Below the pieces are notes generated by a model. The model did no database searches and was not told the origin of the DNA. It saw only the letters and a list, made by a program, of their open reading frames with translations. DNA of 64,000 nt from Dicyema japonicum (Eukaryota > Animalia > Dicyemida): assembly GCA_011109175.1 (NCBI GenBank), contig RDEW01000052.1, forward strand, positions 186,001-250,000, given 5' to 3'. Numbering within the stretch: the first letter of the stretch is position 1; each line of letters starts with the position of its first letter. A program made the translations under genes and the position numbers. Below are positions 39,057 to 52,010 of the stretch, in pieces.

Positions 39057-41413
39057 TCACTCGATATGAATTGATTTTATTGCCGATTTATATAATTCTA
39101 TGCTACAAAAAATAACAACATTGTATTTCCTTCGAATAATCTCCGCATATAAATGGATCTTTTTCATATTAGATTGTAAGCACACATTCTCAATTTTCAT
39201 AATAATGTTATTAGAAATAAACATTTCCATAATTTCTGGTTCTATTATAAAATAAAATATAACGATATATGTGTGCAAGTTTAGCGCAGTCCCACATAAT
39301 CCATAGCCAAATTCGTTCATCTATGTTCACGTTTAATAAATTTATCTTAGAAGTAATAGTTCTTAATATAGAAATTATGAAATAACCTAATATCGTAATC
39401 AGGATCGTAACACCAAGGATTAATTGTTATAAAAAGAGCAAATTTATTAAGAATGGGTTCACATGGATTCAAATCGCTAAAATCAGAATTCATAAAAATA
39501 GGTAAAAAATCATTTGGATCACTTAATATCTGGCAGATACAACTCAATATGGAATAGACTACGTCACTAGAACAGTTAGCGTGATCAATGTCCCTTTTCG
39601 ATAAAACAACAAATTTACAATATAAAATTTATTAGACCATCAGTTCTTAGTAAATATCTGGAATTTGGGCATTTAGCAATATAATGGATAATTTTAATGA
39701 CGGGAACTAATATATAATCGCAATCAGGAGGGGATACAGAATATCTTTCGAAAAAATAATAAATATAATAAATTCCACTATAATCTAAAAACAAATTCAT
39801 ATTTTTTTCATTTTCGTCTAACAAATATATTTCAAATACCTAGAAGAACGCTCAACAAATCAAATTTGATAGCATCACTGAAGTCCTCTGTTTTAAAATG
39901 TTCAACACATAACTAAAATTATTTTGTTATATGAACTTTGACAAGTCCTTCAGAATAAGCAACATAGGCTAGATGATCCATACTCATATTTTTTACGATT
40001 GATTTAAGATCAGTCGGAATACATTGATAATAGTGATGAGGTTTCATTAACATAATTGTAAGGGCAGGTAGCTAAAATAAGAATTAACAAACAAAAATTG
40101 ATTTCTCCCACGGTTTAAAATCATTCAAAAGATAAATAAACGGCTAAAAATCAAATAACAGGTAATAATACATATACTTTATATATATTCGAAAAAATCT
40201 CAAGAAAAATATCAAAAATAAAACTATTTATGAAATATACACATACCAAATATTAGCATAAGAAATCGGTGGCTGTTTGACTATTCTCATTAAAATTTCC
40301 CTGATGTAAAAATTTTAAAATACATTAATAGATTTTGAAAATCATAATCATAATCTACATACAGATGCACAAACTAAATATATATTTCTAAAATACTTTC
40401 AAAAATGGTTTTAATAAATTTTCATTCAGTTTGCATTTTATATAACGAATGTAAGTAATTGCGTTTCCCAATAGTTTGTCTTTATTATCGAAATGTAAAA
40501 CAGAAATAACATAATTATTAATAATTGATTGATCATCATTCTAAATTTTTATAAAATATACAGATTCGCTTATATTTTTACTGAAATGTAAAATTTGACG
40601 ATGTTGAAATTTTTTAAATCCCATTTTTCTGATTTGGCTTGAATTATTCAAATCAATTACTTTGTTAACTTTTTTAGTATTTTTCTTTCAATTAAATATC
40701 CAGATAAATTAACGTAAGTAAGATTCTTGGCTTTTTCGAAAAGAGAAATGAAATTACAATCATATCCATTTATTTCTCCATCACTTGTATGTATGAAATG
40801 TCTAAATTTAAGATAAAATCAACTTCAAAGACTCTGGATTGTTTATGTTTTTAATAAATTCTTTAAAATTTGAAATTATGACGTCGTGAAAATTTATGCG
40901 TTCCAGTTTTTCTATTATATTTAGTGTTCTGTTGTAAATAGTCGTTGTTCTATTGACTCCAAGGAGGGAGATAAACTTCAATTTTTTAAATCCAGTCATG
41001 AATAGTTTATGTAGCAAATCTGGGTCATCATAAAACCAGAGTGAAAATGATTTGACCTCATTCTGTGAAAATGGCAGTAAAGGATTCTCTTCTGATGAAA
41101 CAATCCTTCTTAGTGTAATATTTGATAAATTTGGATAAACTTGAATCATCTTAACAACGTCCTTAACTTCAACATTTTCACGAGTTAATTCAATGTAAAA
41201 AACGTCTTTCTGAACTACATCCGGAATCCTATATAAATTCGAATGTTGAAGAAATAAATCTTTCTCATGTCGTAAAATCAAATATTTCAGTTCATTAAGT
41301 ATTCTTTTAGAAAACATTTTTTTAGACTTGTTGTTTAATTTTGTAAATTTTTGTTCATTAAAGTTTGCTCGAATATTATTAATGCATAACGCGTATAATG
41401 AAGGTGTTTCCAT
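39057..41413 (-). pseudogene. BC-box/LRR-like gene U3 (frameshifted; longest N-terminal ORF, 201 aa)
   Basis: SLYALCINNI, then the LxxLxL-like units NLSNITL, KLKFISL, KLERINF and, after a frameshift, NLTYVNLSG. Confidence 0.72.
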
Positions 41414-42959
41414 TTAATAAGTTGAATATATTGTATGACCTATAAATTTTATTTATTTTTTTATTTGAATTACATAATTTTTAATAATATTTTTTTATGA
41501 AAAAAATAATTATTTGTACTCAGCAGCAATGTTCTATTATTTATATATAAGTGCGAAATCACCGTGAAAATGTCAGGAATGTTCCAATACCTTCTATGAT
41601 TGATAAGCCAACCTTTCGATTTTAGATGTGAAAGTACGATTATCGCATAGTGGTCCTCTCACTGACATGAATGACCCTTCGAAACATACGAGAATTACAT
41701 TCAGTGGGTCAGACCAACTAATTTCTCAGACTTCACGCAGAAATAATGGATAGTACGCACGTCAAGAAGGGTGAGAATGCTAAAAACATTGCAGGATCAT
41801 TCTTCATTTTTAGTGCGATATAAGGAGCCAAGAAAAATCTTGAACAATAATGTTAATTTTCATGTGAGGAAAGCAGATATCATTGATAGTCGTTTTTCGA
41901 CATAACACGTTATGATTATTTTACAAAAAATATTTTCCAATGTCAGAATTAGCAAATTTAGTAACATTACTTTATATGATGACTCATTAACGTATTTTAT
42001 ATAAAATAAATATACCATTACATAAATCACTTGGTAAATTTACCTTAATAGACTATCTGAAGTCTCTGAAGTATTTCTCAGATCGTTTATTAGATCTACG
42101 GGAAACAACCTGTTTTAATCATTTTTTTCATCTTAAAAATTATGTCATAGTCGTTTTTAATGTCATAGAAAATAGACAAATTTGTTCTCTCTAACGAAAG
42201 AAACAGATTGGATATCTATGTTGTTGGTTGTTCTGAGGTCCTGTGAGATGTTATTGTTTTCTAAAAAATTATTGATATTCGTCAGTTAATCTATCTGCAA
42301 CAACAGTAAGTTTTTCTCGCATCTGAGAACGGGCATTTTTTCTCTTCATGTTAGGGTTTCTTCAAACTCCCCACACTTCAAAAGTCCTTTATTACTATTT
42401 TCGGACCGTGATGATAAATTTTTATATTGATCCATAATGTGCTTATATTTGGTCATATTTCCCTGTGGACACTGTAAAAACCAAGTTCCATAGTTAGTGT
42501 ATACGGAATCGAGGATTTTTAATTCATACACTAATCCACTCTGCTTTTATTTTTTATTATTATAATTTGTTTTGTTTTAGTTCTTGAATCCTTGGTACGA
42601 ATGAACCATGGAACGAGGTGCCGTGACTGCTAACGTTCTGTCACTCGACCTATTCGTTCGTGTGTGGGGTCGTGGGAGGGGCATCAGGCCAAAATGAGGT
42701 CTTTGCTAGATCTGGTTGCGGCCACGTTATTAGTTAGTTTGTGTAACTTTGGTCTTTTTTGTTATTATTATTACCTAATTAGTTCAGTTACTATTAGTGA
42801 CATGGTGGACAGGTTGCCATTAAAATAAAGTTGTCATAATTAAACGAATTTTTTACGATAATAAATATTCAAATTATTTTTCAGTATTTCTTAATTTCGC
42901 TATTTTACGATTATGTGTGCTCAAATATTAGACTTTCTCTTCGCGGGGTCATCGTCGAC

Positions 42960-43440
42960 ATCCGTCGAGGTGCTTCTAAGAAGTCCAGAGGAATTCCCTG
43001 AGAATTCCTTACCCCACCTACTCACTCTATTCAGAATGAATCAGAAATGCACGAACATCACTTCAGAGGTTAAACAATGCATTAAGGATAATGAGGTTAC
43101 TGAAGTAATCGTACTTTCATTGGCTACAACAAATGGAAGTCAATGTCTTATGAACATCTATATTCTTCTTCCTGTCTCAAAAACCAAGGGATATGAGATT
43201 CTAAATTTATAAGATTGACTACCTTCGATGAGATCATCATCTGTGAAGACCTGAATGCCAATCATCCACTTTGGTTGTCTTCTCAACTAGCCGACAAAAG
43301 AGGAAAATTACCACTTTCGCAAACAGACACTTTAACCATTTTAAACGATCCTTCAAAAAACACAAAGGACCAGCCTTCTTCACCTGACGTAACTCTGTCA
43401 TGCGTAAATGCATCGATGATTACATTGTCAGTCTAAAGAA
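42960..43440 (+). mobile_element. Decayed APE endonuclease; copy B
   Basis: IIICEDLNANHPLW...RGKL..TILNDP...SSPDVT. Confidence 0.8.
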
Positions 43441-43599
43441 ATTCGTAATGTGGCAAAGGGTTATGAGGTTTCACTTTAAGACTACACTCAGAGAGATGTC
43501 AATAGGATGATAAAATTCTACACCAAGATTTCATGCAAAAATTACAAAAAGTTAAATGGTTCACAGTTATCACGAAGGAAGCTGAAAAGAGGTCTGACA

Positions 43600-45050
43600 A
43601 TTCTCGGAGAAGGAAGTGAGGGAATCATCTTTTCTCCAGAACATGTTCCAACTACACGGATTACATTCTGTTAATTCTGTTAAATACTTATAGATGGATG
43701 AATCACCTTCCTTACGGCCATCTTAAACTTTTCATTTAATCAATACGTAACACCATTAAATTGGAACCAGGCTACATTCGCCCAATTCTCAAACCATGAA
43801 ACCATAGGTAGGACTAGCGTCATTTTGACCTGATCCCACTCTGATCAATATGACAAGGCGCCAAAAAGCAAGTTGTGATCAATTAGTGTATAAGAGATGT
43901 ATATGGAATAATTTATTTGCAACATGGCTCGACATTAGGAAGCATATGATTCAGTCGACCATGAGGAAATTTCTTGAAGAGTCTAACTACTAAATGGAGA
44001 GTAATCTTAAACTTAAACACATAGAGGATTGGGACAGTTGAATTGAAGCATGGAGTACTGAAAGGGACTTTGTCTCCCAAAATTTTTGTTTTAGAACTGG
44101 ATCAGTTGAGCAAAATCCTAACAATAGGTTTTCAAAATTATTTACTTTTGATAGTTACCTGTCAGTGAACGTATTCAAAAAACATCTGAAGATACTTGCG
44201 GAGAAAAGATTGATGATTATTTCGATGTTGTTTGTCTCAAGTGATAATTTGAAAAGTCAACACTAATCTTGAATCCATGAATGAAGTGAAATGCCTGGAT
44301 GGACAAGAAAGCTATCGGTAACTCTGTGTTTTAGAAGACAAATGACGTAATTTCATAAAGCATAAAGTCTTGAACAATATTACTGAAAATATGAGAATGA
44401 GGACTCTAAACTTGTTGCATACAAAACTCAATGCTGTAAGGCTGTTTAAAGCTATAAATGGTTAATATTGAACCAAAGGAGTTTGAAAATGTAGATTTGG
44501 ATATTCGATGTGTCAGAGTATAAAATTCATGTGAAGCCCGCAAACAAGGAGAAATTATATATTAGTCGAACTAAATTAGGGAGGGGCCTTACTTCGATTA
44601 TCCATGAGTGAATGTATACTGTACCAGTTTCTGACTGATGTGGATAGAAAATCGAATATTTCGCTAAGAAAGAATGGAATCTGCAAGGTCTTGAAAACAA
44701 AGAAAATGCATGTGACCACGATCGATAGATTCCTACTTTTCAAGTAAAAGATGGATCTAACTCAAGTTGACATGAAGACTATCAGAGAAAATTAGGAGAA
44801 ATTCCTGATTGATTCCATTGGGAAAAAGCCGCTATACCCTATGCTGTTTAACAGTTACGTTGATATGGCAGGATCTTTGGAGTGGTTAATCAATGGAAAT
44901 AATAGCCCGAGATCGGAGGGAATGTATTATTTGCTTCGGGATAGGAACTTGTTTTTTATACCAATGATTCAGTTTATAGTCAAAAGTGCAAGAAATCATT
45001 GGACCATTTGGCTACACGTTGTAGCAAAATTGTCAATAGTGATTACATGA
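43600..45050 (+). mobile_element. Decayed R4-like RT/RLE retrotransposon; copy B
   Basis: LSP..FVLELDQLSKIL, WLINGNNSPRSEGMYYLLRDRNLF and DHLATR. Confidence 0.82.
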
Positions 45051-46389
45051 GAATTAACCTCCTGATAATAGGCTAAACAAAATAATGAGTCTCCTTAGAG
45101 AATACCATTCTTGATAGAGATTCAGATGTGACTGTATGAGATTTGTGACTTGTCGACTTCCCGTAGCAGCAACTGCTCCAGCTTTCAATAGAAACGTCCA
45201 CGAATTATATTCCTCATTATATTACTATTCGCTTTCTATAGTTTGGTATCATTGACCACCAGAGGCCCTCGTAAGTAGTGCTAGGTCGCTATCTCCATTA
45301 AATCCAGCTGCGGAATCGCGCACATATGGTTTAGCTGTGACATAATCTCCGATATTCCGTATATACCTTCTGATAGATTGGATGGACTTGATTGAACGTA
45401 ACTGTCTTTTTTTACACGTTCTCCAATATGTCACACAGGCCAAGCGATTACTATGGGCGTTACATTAACCTTGAACTTAGATTAACCTCAATTAATTTCA
45501 TTATTGATTTATTAACTACAAAAAATAATTAATTTAAGTAAAAAAATTTTAGTTATAATAATATTAGTAAGCGTTTCCGAGGACAAAAGAAATGCTTATT
45601 TGTTGCTTCATCCAGACCGCTTCCCGCACGTCTTTCTTTGATAGCTAATTCCCCCGATTTCTCTCAGGAACGAGGCAGGGATTCCTCCCTCAGCACCATG
45701 CGTTTTAAATGCCATCAATACTTAAACGAAAGCAGTCTCCGATTACAAAATATTTTTTATCTTAATTTTCTCATCAAAATAGGTTCGAACCAACAGACTG
45801 CGCCGAAGTGAGCATCACTGAGTTAGAAAAAAGAATCCACACAAGTGCAGTCCCATACTAGCAATTTTCCTCAGAGAACTGAAACAATGTTAGCCCATCC
45901 GGCCTTTTCCCGTCTCCGAAAATAATTTAAGTAACTATTTTAGTCTAGCCATTTCTACAGTCGATATTTCTCCTTTTGAATTTATTATCTACTAAATTAA
46001 AAAATTTAAAAAAACCTTAACGTATTATTGGATAAAATATTAATATTTTTGCAGCGAGATAATATTGACAGTCAACTTTTCCAGTCGCAACCAAGGATTT
46101 GTTCCAATATCTTTTTAACTCAAATTATTTATTATTGTTTTTAAATCATATTTATCTCCCACACAAAAAATTATACTTACTATTATAGACATGGATTTTC
46201 TGTTCATAGCCTTGTAATAACTCGAATCTTATTCAATCGGATTGATTTTGAAGTTGAATCTTGTCGTATTCGGTATCAAATCGTCTGACGGGAATTATCT
46301 GTATATATATTTTAAACTGAATTACGTGTCAATAGATTCTGGAGTCGAACAATTAACTGAATCCTCCATTTGCTATGGAATAACACACT

Positions 46390-47260
46390 CATCACTTAAA
46401 CTATCTAAGATATAATATATATATATGTAAAACCATGAAATATTGAGTTTATTCTTTTATTCCTCGATATTTTTCGAAAGGAATTTCGTTAGAAAATGAA
46501 TGGGCAGAAATGTTATTACGTACACAGAATTTTCTAGCTTATCAAGCCACTTTTTTTCACTGTTATGCAGCACTTTCTCGTTTTCGTTTGATTGAATCGT
46601 TCGACGATCCCTTGTGTCCGAGGATAGTTAGGCCTGCCGTGAATTCGCTTTTGAAATCAAAGCAAAGTTTTGTTATTTCTTGATTTCTTAATTCAGACCC
46701 ATTGTCTGACTGAAGAAAATTGCATGGTCCATTCAGGTAAAACCATGATCTTAGATTTCACACACTTCATTTCCAGACTTATTGAGTCGCTTGAGAAACG
46801 CGAATCTAAAAAATTGTTTTAAAAAGCCAACCTACTATATATAAAATCAATTTGAAACTTGGATTCACTTTGAAATTTTTTTCAGATCTCTGAAAACCTT
46901 CATTTGGACAAGAAGCTAACACAAGGTGATTTATATCTCCAATCTACAATTAAAAGGAATCTTTCGTTTAAAGGACGCGAAAATTTTCAAACTTTACAAT
47001 TTCAAATGACTTTTTTGATAATCTCATTCTTGACAGTGAAGTAGTTTGTCGACATTCAAACTCAATTTTATTTACTTCTCCGTGTGAAAGTTCGTGTAAT
47101 GATTTCGCCAGAAGTTCCATTTCGGATTCATTCTCCAGGGATATGAGTAACTTGGGATCAGTGAAATTAAGATCTGTACATTCATTGCACATTTACAATA
47201 CCTTTCATTGATTAAAGAAAATTCTCTAACTTCTTGACAGTGCCTCGGAAGATTTTCGGG
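46390..47260 (-). mobile_element. Decayed integrase-type transposase; copy C
   Basis: LHELSHGEVNK, QSDNGSE and GIVERFNQT. Confidence 0.8.
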
Positions 47261-47279
47261 AAAATTGCTATGCAAGGCA

Positions 47280-48270
47280 TCTTTTAAATTTCCATCCAGG
47301 TACAAACATAGAGTCTATACAGATTTATTTCATGCAGTCTTTCACAAAACCCTTGTAAGAACCCATTACAACAAAATAATCCAAGCTAAATATCACCTTT
47401 GGTCGGAGGTGAATAGAGTGGATGTTGATTTTGGAGCCGATACCGAGAGACGGTGAGCTATCAATCGTGGATACAATCCACTTTTTTCTGTGCAAGTAAG
47501 ACTGCTTCTTGTTTCAATGATGATATCGTCAGCATAAGAAAGCAGTAGGAAGTTCTTTTCAATACCTGCTGGCAGGTCGTGAAGGAAAAGATTAAATAGA
47601 GTATCCTTGGGGCACTCCGTTTGGCAGTAAACGTGATGACTTCCCACGTCTTCCAGATAAGTTTTGGCGAATTTTTTAAATAAAGATTTTTCCAATTAAA
47701 TGTTTCTCGGTACAGAGTCAAATTACTTGTTGATGTCAATCGAGACAATTGTTATCCGCAATCTTTTGGGGTAGTGTTCAAACCATTCACAATGCGTTGA
47801 TAAGAGAGTCATCACACAGAACGGAATCCGTGTTGGAAATTCGGTTGAGTTAGGGAAGAGGTAAATTCAAAAAAGATCAACTTTTTCAACACTTTTGATA
47901 TAGTTGAGGTCAATGATATTGGTCTATATGAACTGAGATCATTTTTTGCTTTTCCGGCCTTATGAGTTGGAGTGATGAGCGAGTTCTTCTATATTTGGGG
48001 GATAGTGTTCCAGTTAACAAACAGGTTAAAATTTCCGTAAGGTAGCTAATTGCGTATTTACTAAGGTGTTCTGGGTGAAGTCAAGATAGTTTGTCTGAGC
48101 CGCAGACCCGTGAGTTCTTTAATCCTGGCGATGACCTCTGAGACCTGCTTGTCAGAGAATAGTTCTTGGTAAGGTACATTTTTCGGTTTGCGGACACGTA
48201 CGTTGATATCCAGTTCTTTAGAGAATTTCTTGAAGTGATCGCAGAGTACTGTTTCATTAGTAGATTAGGG
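47280..48270 (-). mobile_element. Decayed I/Jockey-like RT; copy C
   Basis: LFNLFLHDLP...YADDIII and YLDGNL. Confidence 0.85.
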
Positions 48271-48751
48271 TGTATATGACAATTATGTTCTGGAGAAAGG
48301 TTACAGGTTAATTGTTGTTCGTAAATTTAATTAAAAATATGAATATTTGAAAATTTTTTAATGGATATTTAAATATATAAATTTTAATTATTTAATTAAC
48401 GAATGGCTCTAGTGAGATTATCTCAAGAAAAATTAAATCTGTAACAATTTAAATGTAGCAGGAAACATTAGTCAACTTGAAGTATTTCAGCTTAAGAAAC
48501 TCTCTACAAATTTATTTTCGACGAGGAAAAAGCAATATTTGAAGTATTTCGGGATTGTTAGGGAACTGATAGGGCCTGTTATCTCAAATTGTGTATTTTG
48601 TTAAGTAATTTTTGCTTACTATTTCCACAGGAAAGAAATTAATGCCTTTAACACCGATCTTTGCAAGAAGACTAAGGGATCGCTATATTGCTCAATGAAC
48701 CTAAGGAGATACTCCGAAATAAATGATGGATATTCATTGTATGAATTTACT

Positions 48752-49838
48752 AATATTAAAGTGTGATAGATATATATAGAAAGTTTTAATCATTGATTCT
48801 TGTATCGGTGGGTTCGATAATCTTGTACTCCCTTACATGATTCTAGATTTTGAAAAATGTTTGGTCAAGAACTCGAAAATTAAGTTGAATTCTGATCACA
48901 GAAATTTGGAGAATCGTCATTAAAAGAGGAATCTGTAGGGTGACTCTGACTTTTTTTACTTTCTAGCTGCTGGACTTAACGAAACGTTCAAAGCTTTGAC
49001 TAATGTGCTTAGCCATGGGATCTGGAGTTAGTTAATTTAATGATTGGGTGGAAATCTATACTTTTGAGTGCTAGAGAATAAAAATGCAACATTTATTTAA
49101 AAACAAGTGAATTCAATATATGATGATGTTAATAAGAGGATCGACAGCCTGACAAATACAATATTGAACTCGATCGTAAATGCACATGCTTTAATTTGGC
49201 TCTTAGAAACTTAATGGCAAAGTGTGGGTGTATGTTAAACAGCGACTAACTAGGAAGGATGAGGTGGCTAAATGGATACATCTATGCCTCTGTCGGCTCT
49301 AAGGAATTAAGAAGACTAAAAGACTCAGGACACAATCCGTCTACTTTATTGTTGCTAATAAGTTTTTGTACATTCTCGTGGATACGACTGGTTGAAAATT
49401 GGTGGTGTTGAAGAAAAAAAGCTGCTGCTAGCAAATTGTTATTAATTTAAAATTCTAAAGAAAACGTGGTAGCAATAGTAATAATATGAGATCGTTTTGC
49501 GAGCAAATTCTATAAACACCATCAATTCACACTCAAAGGAATGATGCTCTAAGAGCATATTTAGAGTATGCAGGTAGTTTCTTAATCTTGGTTAGTCACA
49601 GCGGAGGTTGTGGGAGACAAATAGATATTAGTTGAAAGTGAAAACTCTACTCCTACAATAAAGTTAACAAAATGGTATACTCTTTCGTGATTTGCTATTA
49701 ATAAATATTAATTAAAAGATTTTAGGGTCCGGGAAGTGCACAGTATATCATTTTCCTTGAACTCTTATCAGCTGTTGATAAGATGAATCTTCGACGTCCA
49801 ACGTAATCGTCAGAGATCGGGTGAAGGAGACTGCTGGA
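48752..49838 (+). mobile_element. Copy-C-specific segment containing a decayed R4-like 3' region
   Basis: DEVAKWIHLCLCRL*GIKKTKRLRTQSV...VDTT; flanked by TACT (48748-48751 and 49839-49842). Confidence 0.65.
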
Positions 49839-51199
49839 TACTGGAACATTTGGATAGAGAAGAAAAAATATGACTTTACGGAATTACAAGTTTTTTTGTT
49901 TGTTTTGTTTTTCCTCCTCTTCCTTCCTACTATACTATACTGGCGTCATTGTATTCACCTAGCGCCCAGTGCCAGGTGAGACAAAAAAAGGATCAATTGC
50001 TCTCTCCACTCTATTGGAGGGGTTTCCACAACTGTAAGGAATGGACGTCTTTTACCTTTTATGCGGGTTCCTGATTTCCTCTGACAGATCTGCGATCTCC
50101 TGATTGTCGATTGATTGTATGCTTTCTCCAACAAGTTCACTGAATTTTTAACTTTTTGAGAATCAAAAATATAGATGATTCAATGTTCTGGGAAACAGCT
50201 TTTTAAAGTTTCGAGTCAATGTGCGAAGGAAATCGTAATTTAAGTTAGTTTTGGCACTTTTAAGTTTGACTTATTGCAATATCTGACCTGGTATGAACAC
50301 ATTTGAATATAGCTCTGATGAATGTAATTTTAATTAACACTGACAATTATGTTTTTCAAATTTGACTACGTAGTGTCATGTAGCGATGAAAGATTTCTCT
50401 TCCTATTAATATTACAAAAAAGAGTAATCCTACAGTTAATTGATCACAAATTTGTCTATTTTTTTATTAAACAGAAAACTTATTAAATTCACAAGTTGCT
50501 TAAAATAGTAGAATTATCAAATAATATATGAAATTCACATCAAAGAGGAATTAGCATGTCAAGATTATGCTGTGAATCATCTTGATTACTTAAAAGAACA
50601 AAATCGACCACTATACTCAGAGATCTGTCCACATGGTCCATATTGCTTATTCGAACTAGAAACTTTCAGTTAAACAATATTTTAAGAATTGAATTTTTCG
50701 ATCACTTAACTTTAGCCACATTAATCCTAACAACAAATCTTCAAAATTTTGCTTATTCTAATTTGAAACTAACCTACGTGGTATTTAACGCAATTTCACT
50801 CCATCACATGAAAAATTCCGAAATGAAAAAAATCGATTGCAGACGGGTAGACAAGTGTACAATTTTTTTATTTTAGATTACATATAAACCCTAATAAAAT
50901 TAACTTTTAACCAGTAAATAAGTGTACCCAGGTCCCATTTTCACAGAAATAGAAGAACCTTCTAATATCAGAGATAAGTCCATCCAAAACCAATAGAAGA
51001 GGAATAAAACATCCTGTCTTGAGTTATGGGAACCTCTCCAATAAATCATTTAATGGAGAGGTTTAGAAAATTGACAAAAATAATCAAAAGTAGTTGCTAT
51101 GGTAGATCCTCAAACAGAGTTATTTTAAACCAAGAATCACCGACAAATTAAAAGGGAATATATGGCCGTCATGTGATCCCCGTGTTCTTAAGCAGCCGG

Positions 51200-52010
51200 T
51201 TTTCGTTCCGAGAACCGACACACTTCCTCTATGTACGAGTCATTTTTGGGAATATCGGAGGTGTCAATATGGCTCCCGATCTCTTCATAAGTTCTCGATA
51301 GGAGTTGATCTTAGCGGTGAGAGGAAAACGGGAGAAAATTTGTAACCATAGTGGATATAAAGAGGGCATGGTGTTCATGAGAGTCGACGGAAGTGCCACA
51401 CCGGCATTTTTGAGTCTGGCAAATCTCAAGTCCAACTCTGGTGGAGATGCGATGGAGACAGTATCGTCGTCAAAGTGGGCCCCGACACTACCAACTCCTT
51501 CAGCAAAAAAGTAATATAACTCGTTCAGCAATCTTCGAGACAACAGGTCTTCACGTTCTTTCCTGCCGAATGAGTGGCACTTGAGGCTGCCGATTTCTTG
51601 ACTAATTGGAGCCGCTTGGAATTGCTCAAGCCAACCAAAGACAGTTTCGGAAACACTCTCTTCCCGTTGGTGAGTGTAAATACCTTGCCTGAGACGCCAC
51701 CTGTGTCGATAGCCTCTCTAACTCTAACTTTCAATGACAGCAACTAACCCCAGAATCTGATGCGGAGAAGGCTGAGACCACTACTGATAATAAAATACGC
51801 ATGTAGGACAATTCATCTTCGAACCAGTAAAAATCAAAACGACAGTAATCATTAGAAGCAGGGTACTGACTTTACTAAACGCAATCTGTTCGCTCAGCGC
51901 GAAGATGAAAAACTATAGGAATGAAAGGAGCGGGCTAAGTGAGCTCATTTCCTTGCAAATCGTCAGTGGAAATGCGTTTTCAATTATGAGAGCAGCCACC
52001 GTTGCTAATT
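51200..52010 (+). mobile_element. Decayed CRE-type 3' fragment; copy C
   Basis: GLHVLSCRMSG, TLFPL, YLA*DATCVDSLS and LISLQIVSGNAFSIM. Confidence 0.75.

Larger units (their letters stand above)
32040..41978. repeat. Tandem triplication, unit ~3.43 kb (anchors at 32052/35483/38916)
   Basis: GATCACTACTCGGATA anchors are 3431 and 3433 bp apart; the same ORFs recur at 32194/35624/39057. Confidence 0.95.
17631..46292. repeat. Segmental tandem duplication, copy B (expanded by insertions and an internal triplication)
   Basis: Colinear with copy A over the whole unit, plus B-specific insertions at 26535, 28775 and 30358 and the 3.43-kb sub-array. Confidence 0.95.
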
